Source: Escherichia phage M01 | Sequence record: OR061069 | Strand: one strand, 5' to 3' | DNA length: 45,294 nt | In this document: one piece after another, positions 9,725 to 19,305 of the stretch | How the letters are laid out: the number at the start of each line of letters is the position of its first letter | Position numbering within the stretch: position 1 is the first letter of the stretch | Program-made: the position numbers and the translations under genes | The notes under the pieces: model-generated | What the model was told of the DNA's origin: nothing | What the model saw: the letters and a program-made list of their open reading frames with translations, nothing else | The model's database searches: none

Positions 9725-10227
9725 TTGTAGAAACAGGCCAAATTATAGAGGGGGCCGATTCGTACATCTCATTAGCGGACGCCCGCGCGTTAGCGGCTAA
9801 TTATGGTCTGGAGTTACCCGCCGACGATACTGCCGCAGAAGTAGCCCTGCGCAATGGTGCTACTTATGTCGGGCTTGCAGAGCCGCAGATGTGCGGTCGT
9901 CGTGTATCCGCTGAACAGTCTCTGGCATACCCTCGTACCGGTGTTACGTTAAACGGATTCCCGGTAGCGGATAATGTTATCCCGAAACAGGTGATTCTTG
10001 CGCAGGTAATCGCCTCCGCCACATATGGCGCCGGCACGGAAGTGCGGGCCAACTCTGACGGTCGTTCCGTGCAGACTGAGCGTGTTGAGGGCGCAGTCAC
10101 AGTGACATACTTCAACAACGGCAGCAGTGGCGCTACGACCGCGATTACCGCCGCGGACGACGCCTTACGCCCGTTACTGTGTGGTGGTCTTAACAATGGC
10201 TTCTCATTTAATGTGTACCGGGGTTAA
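9718..10227 (+). CDS. virion structural protein (putative head-tail connector)
   Basis: position in late operon; 169 aa. Confidence 0.4.
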   Translation: MLIVETGQIIEGADSYISLADARALAANYGLELPADDTAAEVALRNGATYVGLAEPQMCGRRVSAEQSLAYPRTGVTLNGFPVADNVIPKQVILAQVIASATYGAGTEVRANSDGRSVQTERVEGAVTVTYFNNGSSGATTAITAADDALRPLLCGGLNNGFSFNVYRG

Positions 10228-10229
10228 AA

Positions 10230-10844
10230 ATGGCGAAGACTAAATCAGAGATGTTCACCCTCATCGGCGCGAATCTCCCCGATAACACCAACGGTGCCAT
10301 CACACCCGCGAAGCTACGCGAGGTAATGACGCAGATGGCGGACTCACCTATTTACGCCACTCCCGGTGTTAAAGAGGTTGAAGTTCTCCGCGCAGCGTCG
10401 ACCGTGATACAAGTGCCCACCGCAACGAACACGGCGTTGCAGTTAACTTTTGGAGCTGCACAGGGTAGCGCATCCGACCCTGTAATGATTAATGCCGCGG
10501 GGCTGGTTACGTTCAACACCGCGGGTAACTATGCCGTTCGCATCAAGTTACAGGCTGGGCGCACGGGGGCTAGCGGAACGTCTATCCTGCTATCACGCCT
10601 TCTTCTGAACGGCGCTCAGTACGGCTCGCCCGCCGCTACTAAACTGGTTAGCGCCGATACCACAATCCCGATTGAGTCTCGCGTCGTTATTAACCCGACC
10701 GCAGGCCAGACGTTTGCCGTTCAGATTATGCGGGATAGCGCCGGGAGTAACTTCGGCGGCGTATACCCGCAAGCGGCTACGGTAACTGCATGGGGCACAG
10801 CACCATCTGCGCTACTGGTTATTTCGAGACTGGAGGCTGCGTAA
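10230..10844 (+). CDS. virion structural protein (putative)
   Basis: 204 aa; position in late operon. Confidence 0.4.
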   Translation: MAKTKSEMFTLIGANLPDNTNGAITPAKLREVMTQMADSPIYATPGVKEVEVLRAASTVIQVPTATNTALQLTFGAAQGSASDPVMINAAGLVTFNTAGNYAVRIKLQAGRTGASGTSILLSRLLLNGAQYGSPAATKLVSADTTIPIESRVVINPTAGQTFAVQIMRDSAGSNFGGVYPQAATVTAWGTAPSALLVISRLEAA

Positions 10845-10975
10845 TGCGAAAAATAATTAATATGTGGATTAACTCTGATTTTTTGTGGAAGTACGAATTT
10901 TTGGTATCAGTGTTTGCGCTGGTATCAACAACAGCTCTAATTATATTTTTAGCGGTTTGCGGGGAGTCAACATGA
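10844..10975 (+). CDS. small hydrophobic membrane protein (43 aa), AT-rich insert
   Basis: ATGA overlaps on both sides; single TM segment; local AT-richness. Confidence 0.35.
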   Translation: MRKIINMWINSDFLWKYEFLVSVFALVSTTALIIFLAVCGEST

Positions 10976-11331
10976 GCACCGCTTTCAGCAAACGTATGCA
11001 GGGCGTGGGTACACGCCTGCTAACCAAATTCGGCAGCACAGTATCTCTGGTTCGCGCTGGCTCGAAAGTGTGGGATGAAGTTCTCGGTGAATGCGTCTGG
11101 TCCGCCGACGAAGTGTTGCCTTTGAAGGCCGTTCCGGTTCCGGTAAACGCGGGGCTGGTTAACGGTGCGACGATTCAGGCTGACGACATGATTGTTAAAG
11201 CGGATTACAGCGTCGTTCCGAAGATGGAAGACAAGGTGCAATTCGGCGGCGAGCAATGGTCTGTCGTAGCTATCGAGAAGAAGATGGTTAACGATGATGT
11301 CGTGGCCTACTTTATCCAGGTGAGAAAATGA
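10972..11331 (+). CDS. head-tail joining protein (putative)
   Basis: 119 aa; position. Confidence 0.4.
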   Translation: MSTAFSKRMQGVGTRLLTKFGSTVSLVRAGSKVWDEVLGECVWSADEVLPLKAVPVPVNAGLVNGATIQADDMIVKADYSVVPKMEDKVQFGGEQWSVVAIEKKMVNDDVVAYFIQVRK

Positions 11332-11828
11332 GTTTCGCGCTTGATGTCTCTAAGTTCGTCGAAAAGGCGAAGAAGAATCCCGAGAAGGTGATGCGCCAGG
11401 TGTCTATCAAGCTGTTTTCCGCTATCATAAAGGCGAGTCCGGTAGATACTGGTCGCTTTCGTATGAACTGGATGGCCTCTGGCGGTACTCCTGCTTCCGG
11501 TACAAGTCGCGGTACTGACCCTAGCGGAGCGAACGCAATAAGTGCTATGGTTTCTACCGTGTCGGGTTTACCCGACTGGAGCGAGTTCACCCTGACAAAT
11601 AACCTGCCGTATGCGGAAGTTATAGAGTTCGGAGGTTACGCTACCGGCTTCCACGGCCCTAAGCGCCCTTCTAACTTAGGCTCTAAATTTGTTGGCCCAT
11701 TGAGGCCGAAAGCGCCCAGCAGAACAACCACAGACGGATATTCCCTTCAGGCTCCGCAAGGTGTTGTCCGGGTTAACGTTCAGCGATTCAATAAACTGCT
11801 CGAAGAAGAAGCGAGGAAGTATAAATAA
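11328..11828 (+). CDS. HK97 gp10-like tail component
   Basis: motif PVDTGRFRMNW. Confidence 0.55.
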   Translation: MSFALDVSKFVEKAKKNPEKVMRQVSIKLFSAIIKASPVDTGRFRMNWMASGGTPASGTSRGTDPSGANAISAMVSTVSGLPDWSEFTLTNNLPYAEVIEFGGYATGFHGPKRPSNLGSKFVGPLRPKAPSRTTTDGYSLQAPQGVVRVNVQRFNKLLEEEARKYK

Positions 11829-12241
11829 TGGGCTACTTTGAGGACTTAACCAAAGCGTTTGATGTGCCGCTGGTAGCCTTCGGAACAACCAACGGCATCA
11901 AGGTGGCGCTTGAAAACATCGACGCGCCGACGTCAACCGATACACCGTATCTGGCGAGTTACATGTTGCTGGCAGATACGGAACAGGCTGACTTATTCTT
12001 CACCGAGCAACGTTCTGGTATTTATCAGGTCGACATTAACTACGCATCGGTGAAAGGTAGCGCGCCAATCAATAAAATGGCAGACTTACTTAACACGGCG
12101 TTTAAAGCAGGTAAGTCATTTTCACGTAACGACATCTGCGCCGAGGTTCAATCGGTTAGCCTGGGGCCACTGATTGTAGAAAACGGATGGGCCAAAAGAC
12201 CATTGTCAATTAACTTTATCGCATTCACCAAGAGGCTGTGA
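11828..12241 (+). CDS. tail completion / terminator protein (putative)
   Basis: position immediately before major tail gene. Confidence 0.4.
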   Translation: MGYFEDLTKAFDVPLVAFGTTNGIKVALENIDAPTSTDTPYLASYMLLADTEQADLFFTEQRSGIYQVDINYASVKGSAPINKMADLLNTAFKAGKSFSRNDICAEVQSVSLGPLIVENGWAKRPLSINFIAFTKRL

Positions 12242-12243
12242 AT

Positions 12244-13410
12244 ATGGCTACAACTCCTTTTAAGGGCGCGAATACCGCGCAATTCTATGTGGCGGAAGTC
12301 ACCCCGGGCGTAACACCGACTAACCCGGTCTGGTCACCGTTGCGTAACACTGGCGGTGTTCCTGCTATCACCCGCGACACGCTGACCTCCAACGAACTGG
12401 ACGGCAGCCGTGAAACTACATCCATCCGCACCGGTAACAAACAGGTTAGCGGTGAATACGCGATCGAGCTTAGCTCGAAAAGCCAGGATGACTGGCTGGC
12501 TGGTGCTTTAGGCTCTACGTGGCAATCCGGTGTTTCCCTGTCCAGTCTGTCGATTACCGTCGCACCGGCAGGCAAGACGTTCACACGCGCTACCGGCAGC
12601 TTTATCACTGACGGAGTTGGGGTAGGCGACCTGATTGCGTTTACCGATTTAACAGGCGATAACGCAAAACCATTTATTGTTACTGCAGTAACGGCTACGG
12701 TTGTTACTGGTGCTGGCATCCAACACACCCTGACCACCGAGACAAAAACTAGTAAGGCTAAAACCGGCGACACGCTGGAAACCGGTAACACGTGTAAGAC
12801 GTTCTCTATCCTTACCTGGTACAAAGGCCAGTGCGGCGGTACTAACGCGTACACGTTAACCAAAGGCGTGGAAGTTTCTGGTTTTACCATCGAACAGGCT
12901 GTTAACGCGATGGTAACTGGCAGCTTCCCATTCATCGGTCGCAGTCAGGAGATTCTCACCACGCCGCCGACCGGTTCCAACTTCTCATCTGTTACTTTTG
13001 GTGATGAGCCGTTTTCTTCGGTTGACGTTTCCGTGTTCGATGGTTCTACGCCGTTGCGATGCGACAGTCTGACTATCACCAACGATAACAGCGCGTCGGC
13101 GCAGTTCGAACTTGGTAACACTAACGTAGCGTTTGTTGAGCGTAGCCGCGCGGCTAACACTTTCTCCATCTCCGGCAAGCTGTACGACATGGCGATGATT
13201 CAGAAGTTTATCAACGAACAGCAGGTAGAGATTAACTCTATTCTGGCGGGGGTAAACGGGGCTATGTCTTTCAGTTTGAAACGCGCAGAGCTTACGGCGG
13301 TCACACCAGAGATTGGCGGACCCGAGTCAATCACTCAGTCCATTGAAGGCCAGGCTACCGGCAACCAGTACCAGTCGTCTATTGTCATCCAGCGTATCAC
13401 CTACCCATAA
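12244..13410 (+). CDS. major tail protein
   Basis: 388 aa, Thr/Gly-rich; sits before the chaperone and tape measure genes. Confidence 0.55.
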   Translation: MATTPFKGANTAQFYVAEVTPGVTPTNPVWSPLRNTGGVPAITRDTLTSNELDGSRETTSIRTGNKQVSGEYAIELSSKSQDDWLAGALGSTWQSGVSLSSLSITVAPAGKTFTRATGSFITDGVGVGDLIAFTDLTGDNAKPFIVTAVTATVVTGAGIQHTLTTETKTSKAKTGDTLETGNTCKTFSILTWYKGQCGGTNAYTLTKGVEVSGFTIEQAVNAMVTGSFPFIGRSQEILTTPPTGSNFSSVTFGDEPFSSVDVSVFDGSTPLRCDSLTITNDNSASAQFELGNTNVAFVERSRAANTFSISGKLYDMAMIQKFINEQQVEINSILAGVNGAMSFSLKRAELTAVTPEIGGPESITQSIEGQATGNQYQSSIVIQRITYP

Positions 13411-13412
13411 AA

Positions 13413-13440
13413 CTAAGGCCCCTGACGGGGCCTTTTTCTT
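13413..13440. terminator. bidirectional intrinsic terminator
   Basis: aaggcccc-tgac-ggggcctt then TTTTT; overlaps stop of minus-strand kinase gene. Confidence 0.6.
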
Positions 13441-13993
13441 ACAAACCTAATTTTAAAGCAATGTCTATAACGTTCGATTTAACATCACCCGGTATGATGT
13501 AGGTATCGTAATCTTTTACACCATCAACGCCATACAGATAACCACGGCTGTCCCCCTCAAATGTATAGCCTTCTCGGTGCAAGCGAACGATTCTTACATC
13601 ATGACCCGCGGCGACGATAGGGGCTACTTCACTGGCGAATCCACCGTCGGACACTACAAAAACTTCGTTGCCGTCTGGCAAGTTTTCAGCAAGATACTTA
13701 CCGAAATAATCATCACCGAATACCGGTTTAATGAATTGCTCAGAAACGGCAATCATGAACTGACGACGGGACAACCCATTAAGAAAACCCTCTGGCTTTT
13801 CTTTCCGTGCCCGGTCGTCGTAGCCGTCGAGAAATTCGCGGTAAGCATCCGGGCCTAACGCTGCCAAAGCAATATCGAACATTGGATTCTTGAAACTGGT
13901 AGTTCCTTTCGCAAAGCCCATTTCTACCAGCGCCATAGCAAGTGTGTCTTTCCCGCAACCCGCCGGACCATTAAGAATAATTACCTTAGCCAT
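13439..13993 (-). CDS. P-loop nucleotide kinase (dNMP kinase-like)
   Basis: Walker A GPAGCGKDT resembles T4 gp1 GVKRSGKDT. Confidence 0.6.
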   Translation of the reverse strand: MAKVIILNGPAGCGKDTLAMALVEMGFAKGTTSFKNPMFDIALAALGPDAYREFLDGYDDRARKEKPEGFLNGLSRRQFMIAVSEQFIKPVFGDDYFGKYLAENLPDGNEVFVVSDGGFASEVAPIVAAGHDVRIVRLHREGYTFEGDSRGYLYGVDGVKDYDTYIIPGDVKSNVIDIALKLGL

Positions 13994-14478
13994 TATTTAT
14001 CACTCCCGTGTGATTTTAAGTGTGTAGAGTTACCGTTACAGTCGTATCCAGTGACAGCGTGTGTGGTTATGCCGAGGCCTCGGAAATGCTTAATTACCGC
14101 CGGAGAATCATCGAATGCACACAAGATTCTCTCCAGCCCGATAGCACGCAACACCTCTTCTTTAATTGCGATGTCTTTTCTGTTGTCGTGTTTGCCGCGC
14201 ATGATTAGCTGATAAAATTCGACGCGGTGGCGCTGCAACCACATTCTGGTTTCTTTTTCTGCATCATCACTACGGCCCGTTAAAATAATAACGGCGTAGC
14301 GACGATTGAGGGCGTTACACAGTTCGATGTTATCTCTAATTGGTTCATCATCTTTGCACGCCATGTTAAAGGGCTTCCACGCCCACGTTTCGTTGTAGTT
14401 ATCTTTCGGCAGCAGGTGCAAACGATGCGTACCATCAGCCAATGTCCCATCTAAATCGAAAATTACAATATCTTTCAT
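13993..14478 (-). CDS. HAD-family phosphatase resembling T4 Pnk 3-prime-phosphatase domain
   Basis: motifs FDLDGTLA, IILTGRSDD and C-terminal DD motif align with T4 Pnk phosphatase recalled from memory. Confidence 0.6.
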   Translation of the reverse strand: MKDIVIFDLDGTLADGTHRLHLLPKDNYNETWAWKPFNMACKDDEPIRDNIELCNALNRRYAVIILTGRSDDAEKETRMWLQRHRVEFYQLIMRGKHDNRKDIAIKEEVLRAIGLERILCAFDDSPAVIKHFRGLGITTHAVTGYDCNGNSTHLKSHGSDK

Positions 14479-15659
14479 CCCAGCATCTCCGGTGAAATAG
14501 TTAAACGTGCGACCTCGCCATATTCGGCGCTATAAGTAATTACATTTGCACTACGGCCTGACATCCATCCGCCGCGGGAGGCGTAGGCATCCTTAGCCGC
14601 CAGGGTGCGGTGTTGCTCAACAATCATGTTACGGCTTTCTACAATCTTTTGATGGTGGAGATGCCCGACATGTGCGTAACTGTACTCGCTTTCGCCGAAT
14701 GCTTTACGGAACTTAGCTATCATAATCGGCTCGACTACCGTCAAACCGTGCATTTATGCCCGTGTGTGAAAGAACAGCGTCGTTTTGCCGTGTTGCACCA
14801 TCTTGTAAACATCCGGCGACGTATCGACGAACACACGAGGCTCGTTGTCGTATAGCGTACTGAACATCTCAGCCAACCAAATCATACCTGATTCGTCATG
14901 GTTCCCTTGCACGATAAGCAGGCGAACATTTTTATGTTTAACCAGAGCCATATCGACAACACGGCGGACCATACGAATCATGTAGCGGACCAGTTTCTGA
15001 TAGCGCGTATCCGCGTCAAGAACATGACCACTCGCTGGCGTAACGGCATCCAGACTATCAAAGTGCGCGAAGTCACCAAGAAGGTTAATAACCCCTGTTC
15101 CCGCATCTGGCGCTTTCTGAAACGCAGCATCAAACCACCGAGAGAACAGGTCTTCTGCAATCTTCATATCCCAGTCATCGCCGCTCTCGTCGGCCCATGC
15201 CAGCATACCGAGATGGAAATCAGACACAGTGTAAAGGTTGAGTAGCTTGTCGTCTCGTTTGGTGCGAACGGCTTTAACAGGAGCAACGGGGGTAATCTCC
15301 GACTTCATGCCCTCGATTACGGCCTTCATTAACTCGACCTGACGTTCCGCATCGGTGTCGGTCTTAACCCATTGCAGTTTAGTGTTGCCTAACTCGTCCA
15401 CAAGTGACGATGTTCCTTTAATCTTGTAGCCATCTGGCACAAGGTGGCTAACGTCCCGCCCGTGGCCTACGCCTTTCTTAGCCAGCTTCGCTTTACGGAT
15501 GCGAATAACGCGGTCTGAGATGCCGTATTTACGGGCGATGTCGATATTCTTCATACCGGCGTTCAATTCTTCCTGTAACTGTTCGTCGGTTATTTTCTTC
15601 CGGGCCATGCTTACTTCCTCGTGTTTAGGATTTGTCCTATTTAACCACAGTGCATTCAT
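14475..15659 (-). CDS. calcineurin-like (Mre11/SbcD-like) metallophosphoesterase with N-terminal HTH, frameshift near 14753
   Basis: motifs SDFHLG, GDFAHFD, GNHD, GHLHH; HTH-like first 50 aa. Confidence 0.6.
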
Positions 15660-15673
15660 TTAAATAAAGGCGA

Positions 15674-16000
15674 CTATTTACTTTCCGCGCCTATCGCCCA
15701 CCCGGTCATCACCATTTGCAGGCGGGTGGCTGTCAGTAGGCTGTAAAACGCGTCTCCGTTTTTCTCTACCGAACGTATTACAGAGTATGTTACGGCTTGC
15801 GGAGGCAGGCCCGATTTACCAACCCCTACGGCAGCCTCACACTCGCGAACGGTAGAGTCCTTAAATGCCTTTACAATAGTAGGGTCGGCTTTATCGAGCA
15901 CACCAGAAGTCATAAGAACAGATTCACTAAATACCTGTTCGCACGGGGACCCAAAAGCAGCAAAAGACATAAACCCCAGAGCTAATACTAATTTACGCAT
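15674..16000 (-). CDS. secreted/periplasmic small protein
   Basis: N-terminal signal peptide; RBS gaggaa; TATAAT 16039-16044 on minus strand upstream. Confidence 0.45.
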   Translation of the reverse strand: MRKLVLALGFMSFAAFGSPCEQVFSESVLMTSGVLDKADPTIVKAFKDSTVRECEAAVGVGKSGLPPQAVTYSVIRSVEKNGDAFYSLLTATRLQMVMTGWAIGAESK

Positions 16001-16026
16001 AATTATTTCCTCAGTAAGTTACAGGT

Positions 16027-16051
16027 GAATAGTACCCTATTATATTGGGGT
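16027..16051. promoter_or_regulatory. conserved 25-bp element copy C; minus-strand promoter of the 13439-16000 cassette
   Basis: minus-strand TATAAT about 40 nt upstream of ATG 16000. Confidence 0.55.
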
Positions 16052-16164
16052 GCGCAAGTAGTGTGTTAGAATAAGTTTGCGCCTAGTGTCGCACACGAAA
16101 AGCGGGTGGTTCCCGTCTGGCGCGTCAACCTTAACTTGTAACCTCTTAACCAAAGGATTAAATA

Positions 16165-16581
16165 ATGAAACTCTCTGATTTTTATTTTGCGGACCGCCAT
16201 GCTGCTGGCACTAAAATGCCCATCCTTCTGCCTAGCGGTAAAGATTCCGGTGAATGGTTGCAAGTCATCGGCCCTGATTGTGACGCTGGCGTTCGTGCTG
16301 GCCGTGCCTATACAACGGCAATTCGACGCCTTACGGAAGAACTTGCGCCGTTAGATAAAGAGTGCGAGGCACTGAATAACTGGGCGCGCTATAACGATGA
16401 GAAGGGCTGGCGGGTGATGGACTTGAACAAGCAGCTTGCCGTTGAAATCGTCACCGGTTGGTCGTTCGACGAACCTTTCAGCAAAGAGGCACTGGCTAAC
16501 CTGTTCGACCAGTACAGTGGGCTGGCGGAGGCCGTAGTTAAGCATCACACCGACAGTCGCGAGAAACTCTCGGAAAAGTAA
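16165..16581 (+). CDS. tail assembly chaperone (lambda G-like)
   Basis: position between major tail and tape measure; -1 frame ORF overlaps its 3-prime end. Confidence 0.6.
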   Translation: MKLSDFYFADRHAAGTKMPILLPSGKDSGEWLQVIGPDCDAGVRAGRAYTTAIRRLTEELAPLDKECEALNNWARYNDEKGWRVMDLNKQLAVEIVTGWSFDEPFSKEALANLFDQYSGLAEAVVKHHTDSREKLSEK

Positions 16582-16943
16582 AAGCGCTGTATGAATTTGC
16601 GCAATGGTGCTTTGTCGACCGCCACAAACGTAAGCAATTCGACGACATAGCGGCAGGCCACCAGGCGGCTTTGATTGCAATGGGCGTGATTAAAGAACCG
16701 CAGATGAAAGAAGCGACGGGGCCTGAATGCCCCGTTTCTCTTATCGACGTGTTCGAGAAATACCGCGCCATTAAATTCCTACAGCGCGAAACAGATGATA
16801 CTATCGTCATAATCCCGCGCGATGCGCTCAAATGGCAAGATTTGGTAGCGTTTCGTGATGTCGCCGGTTACGGCATAAGTTTGTTCGAAGCCGAGGTTAT
16901 CATGGGCTTAGACGGAATATTTGAGGGCAGAGAAGATGGCTGA
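16165..16943 (+). CDS. tail assembly chaperone -1 frameshift fusion product (lambda GT-like)
   Basis: frame 3 open from 16542; candidate slip site G-GAA-AAG at 16572-16578 just before the frame-1 stop. Confidence 0.45.
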
Positions 16944-19248
16944 TACGGCTTCCCTAATTGCCAGAGTAAAAACAGAAGGCGCCGACGTAGCCGCCAAACA
17001 GCTTGACGCTATGGCGGCATCCGCAGACCGGGCGGATACCGCGGTAAACAAGCTGACTCCGGATGTCAATAAAGTTAACACAGCTACCTCTAAAGCAGCC
17101 TCTGACGGTTTCGCTAAGTTCCGTAACGCCGCCGGGCAGGTGGGCTTCCAGGTACAGGACATGGTTGTCCAGTTGCAGTCCGGCACGTCTGCATTCGTAG
17201 CAATCGGGCAACAAGGCTCGCAGCTTGCAGGTGCTTTCGGCCCCGGTGGCGCGGTGCTCGGGGCTGTAATTGCTCTTGCGTCTGCTGTTGGCGGCGTCCT
17301 GTACAAATCGCTAACCGAAGCCGAAGGTAGTTCAAAAGACCTCGAAACCGCACAGAAACAGTTAAAAGATACTTTCCAGCAAACGGCATCTGGCTCTCTC
17401 GAACTGACAGACGGCCTCATCCAGCTTACCCAAATAAGCCGAGAAGCGGCAGAGACTCAGCTTGCTCTGGCTAAGGCTAACGCGGACCTTATCGCGCAGC
17501 AAACAGCTAAAGCTGTTCGTGAGGACGCAGAATCATGGGAAACGTGGAAAGCCTCCACGGCGTCGGCGATTAGCCAGTACGATGCACTGGTCTCTAAGGG
17601 TGCGGATGTAGGCGACACGTTAGAAAAACTAGGCGGCACTTACGAGGGTAACATCGTAGGCGTCAACATGCTGGCGCAGAATATCGCGGAGCTTAGCAGT
17701 AAGTTCGGGGTTAACCGTGACCAGGCGCTGGAGATGATAGCGGCGCAGAGCGCGTTTAACAAAGAGCCAACCGCGGAGAATGCCCGCCGCATCGCCGATG
17801 TGTTTACCGACTGGCTGGGTAACACAAAACAGTTGAACCCGGAGCTTATCCGCCTCACCGATAATGCCAACAAGAACGCCACGGCACTGGAAAACGCAGA
17901 GAAGTCAGCAAACGCGGCGGCAGAGGCCCAAAAGAATCTTGGTCGTAACGTCAACTCAACCACGCAGAGATTCCAGGAACAGAACGAAGCTATCGTCAAG
18001 AATCAGCAAATTGCCATCTTAAGAGACCGTGAGCGCATCAGGGCGCAAGCTGAGATGGATAAACAAGCGTTCGCTAAACGTGAAGCTGTCACCAAAGAAC
18101 AGATCGCCGCGTATAATGCCGCTCGTGACACGGAAGCACAGCAAGACATCGCCCGCATCGACGCTACCGAAAAAGCGAAGGCAGACCGTGAGGCTAAATC
18201 GAACGAGAAACGTCTGGCGGCGCAGGCCAAACGTGAAGAAACGGCGGCACAACGCCAGAAGAAAGCTGCGGAAGATTTCCTCGCTACGGTTGACCGTACA
18301 ACCGGAGATGAAATTTCTCGCATCACGGCGGCCGAAGAGCAGAAACTGGCGAAACTTGAAGAGTTCAACCGCGCCGGAACGATAAGCCAGCAGCAGTACG
18401 AAAACGCCAAAACTCAGATTATGCTCACAGCTGAGCAGGCCAGACAGGAAGAACTGGATAAGAAAAGAAAAGAGCAGCAGGAAAAGCAGCAGAAAGGCGA
18501 GGACTTCATGGCGCAGATTATGGGTCAGAATGCTGCCGAGCTTGAGCTTCTTGACATCCAGGAACAGCAAAAGCTGGCGGTCGCGGATAAGTACCGAGAA
18601 CAGGGGCTTATTAGCGAGAAGCAGTATCAGGCCGCGCTTAACGCCATCAACGAGCAGTACGCCACGAAGCGTGCCGACGCAACGGCAACCGCCTTCGGTA
18701 ACATGGCTTCAAACATCGGTTCGGCTTTGGGGGAGGCTTCCGGCGCGTACAAGGCATTCGCTATCGTACAGGCCACTATAGCCACATACACCGCGGCTAT
18801 CGAGGCTTACAAGTCAACGGCAGCTATCCCCGTTGTTGGTCCGTTCCTGGCCCCTGTAGCCGCTGCCGCTGCCGTTGGGGCGGGTATGGCGCAGGTTTCC
18901 GCTATCCGGTCCGCGCGTGAACAGGGCGGACAGTTATCCGCAGGGCAGGCTTCCACCATCGCCGAACGCGGTAAACCCGAAGTTATCATGCCCGCTGGCG
19001 CATCGCGTGTGCGTACCGCGCAGCAGATGAAAGAAATTATGGGGCAAAACGGGTCTTCTTCCGGCCCGTCTAATGTTACTATCGTAAACAACACGAGTTC
19101 TCAAATCGGCAACGTATCCACTGAGCAAGATGATGAAGGCCGTTTGCGTATCATCATCGAAGAGCAAGTGGCTGCGTCTTTGCAGAACAGCAACAGCAAG
19201 ATTAGCAAGGCCCGAAAGGCCACAAGAAATGCGCCGGGGTTCAAATAA
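16936..19248 (+). CDS. tail tape measure protein
   Basis: 771 aa, Ala/Gln/Lys-rich coiled-coil; RBS gagggcagag. Confidence 0.85.
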   Translation: MADTASLIARVKTEGADVAAKQLDAMAASADRADTAVNKLTPDVNKVNTATSKAASDGFAKFRNAAGQVGFQVQDMVVQLQSGTSAFVAIGQQGSQLAGAFGPGGAVLGAVIALASAVGGVLYKSLTEAEGSSKDLETAQKQLKDTFQQTASGSLELTDGLIQLTQISREAAETQLALAKANADLIAQQTAKAVREDAESWETWKASTASAISQYDALVSKGADVGDTLEKLGGTYEGNIVGVNMLAQNIAELSSKFGVNRDQALEMIAAQSAFNKEPTAENARRIADVFTDWLGNTKQLNPELIRLTDNANKNATALENAEKSANAAAEAQKNLGRNVNSTTQRFQEQNEAIVKNQQIAILRDRERIRAQAEMDKQAFAKREAVTKEQIAAYNAARDTEAQQDIARIDATEKAKADREAKSNEKRLAAQAKREETAAQRQKKAAEDFLATVDRTTGDEISRITAAEEQKLAKLEEFNRAGTISQQQYENAKTQIMLTAEQARQEELDKKRKEQQEKQQKGEDFMAQIMGQNAAELELLDIQEQQKLAVADKYREQGLISEKQYQAALNAINEQYATKRADATATAFGNMASNIGSALGEASGAYKAFAIVQATIATYTAAIEAYKSTAAIPVVGPFLAPVAAAAAVGAGMAQVSAIRSAREQGGQLSAGQASTIAERGKPEVIMPAGASRVRTAQQMKEIMGQNGSSSGPSNVTIVNNTSSQIGNVSTEQDDEGRLRIIIEEQVAASLQNSNSKISKARKATRNAPGFK

Positions 19249-19305
19249 TGAGCTGACTTATATTTTCCACGTAGCCTTAAGCCGGTGGTGTCGAAAGGCT
19301 ACTCA

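Noticed and set aside
12285-12935. 216-aa minus-strand ORF
   Set aside because: Antisense to the major tail protein gene; Val/Thr/Pro-rich mirror composition.
13439-14478. Kinase and HAD phosphatase as a complete RNA repair system including ligase
   Set aside because: No ORF with an adenylyltransferase KxDG ligase motif was found anywhere in the window, so only an end-healing or nucleotide-metabolism role is proposed.
16908-18570. Several minus-strand ORFs of 86-183 aa (16908-17420, 17640-17999, 18003-18410, 18019-18570)
   Set aside because: All lie antisense within the tape measure gene and have low-complexity Ala/Ser/Arg or Leu/Phe-rich translations.
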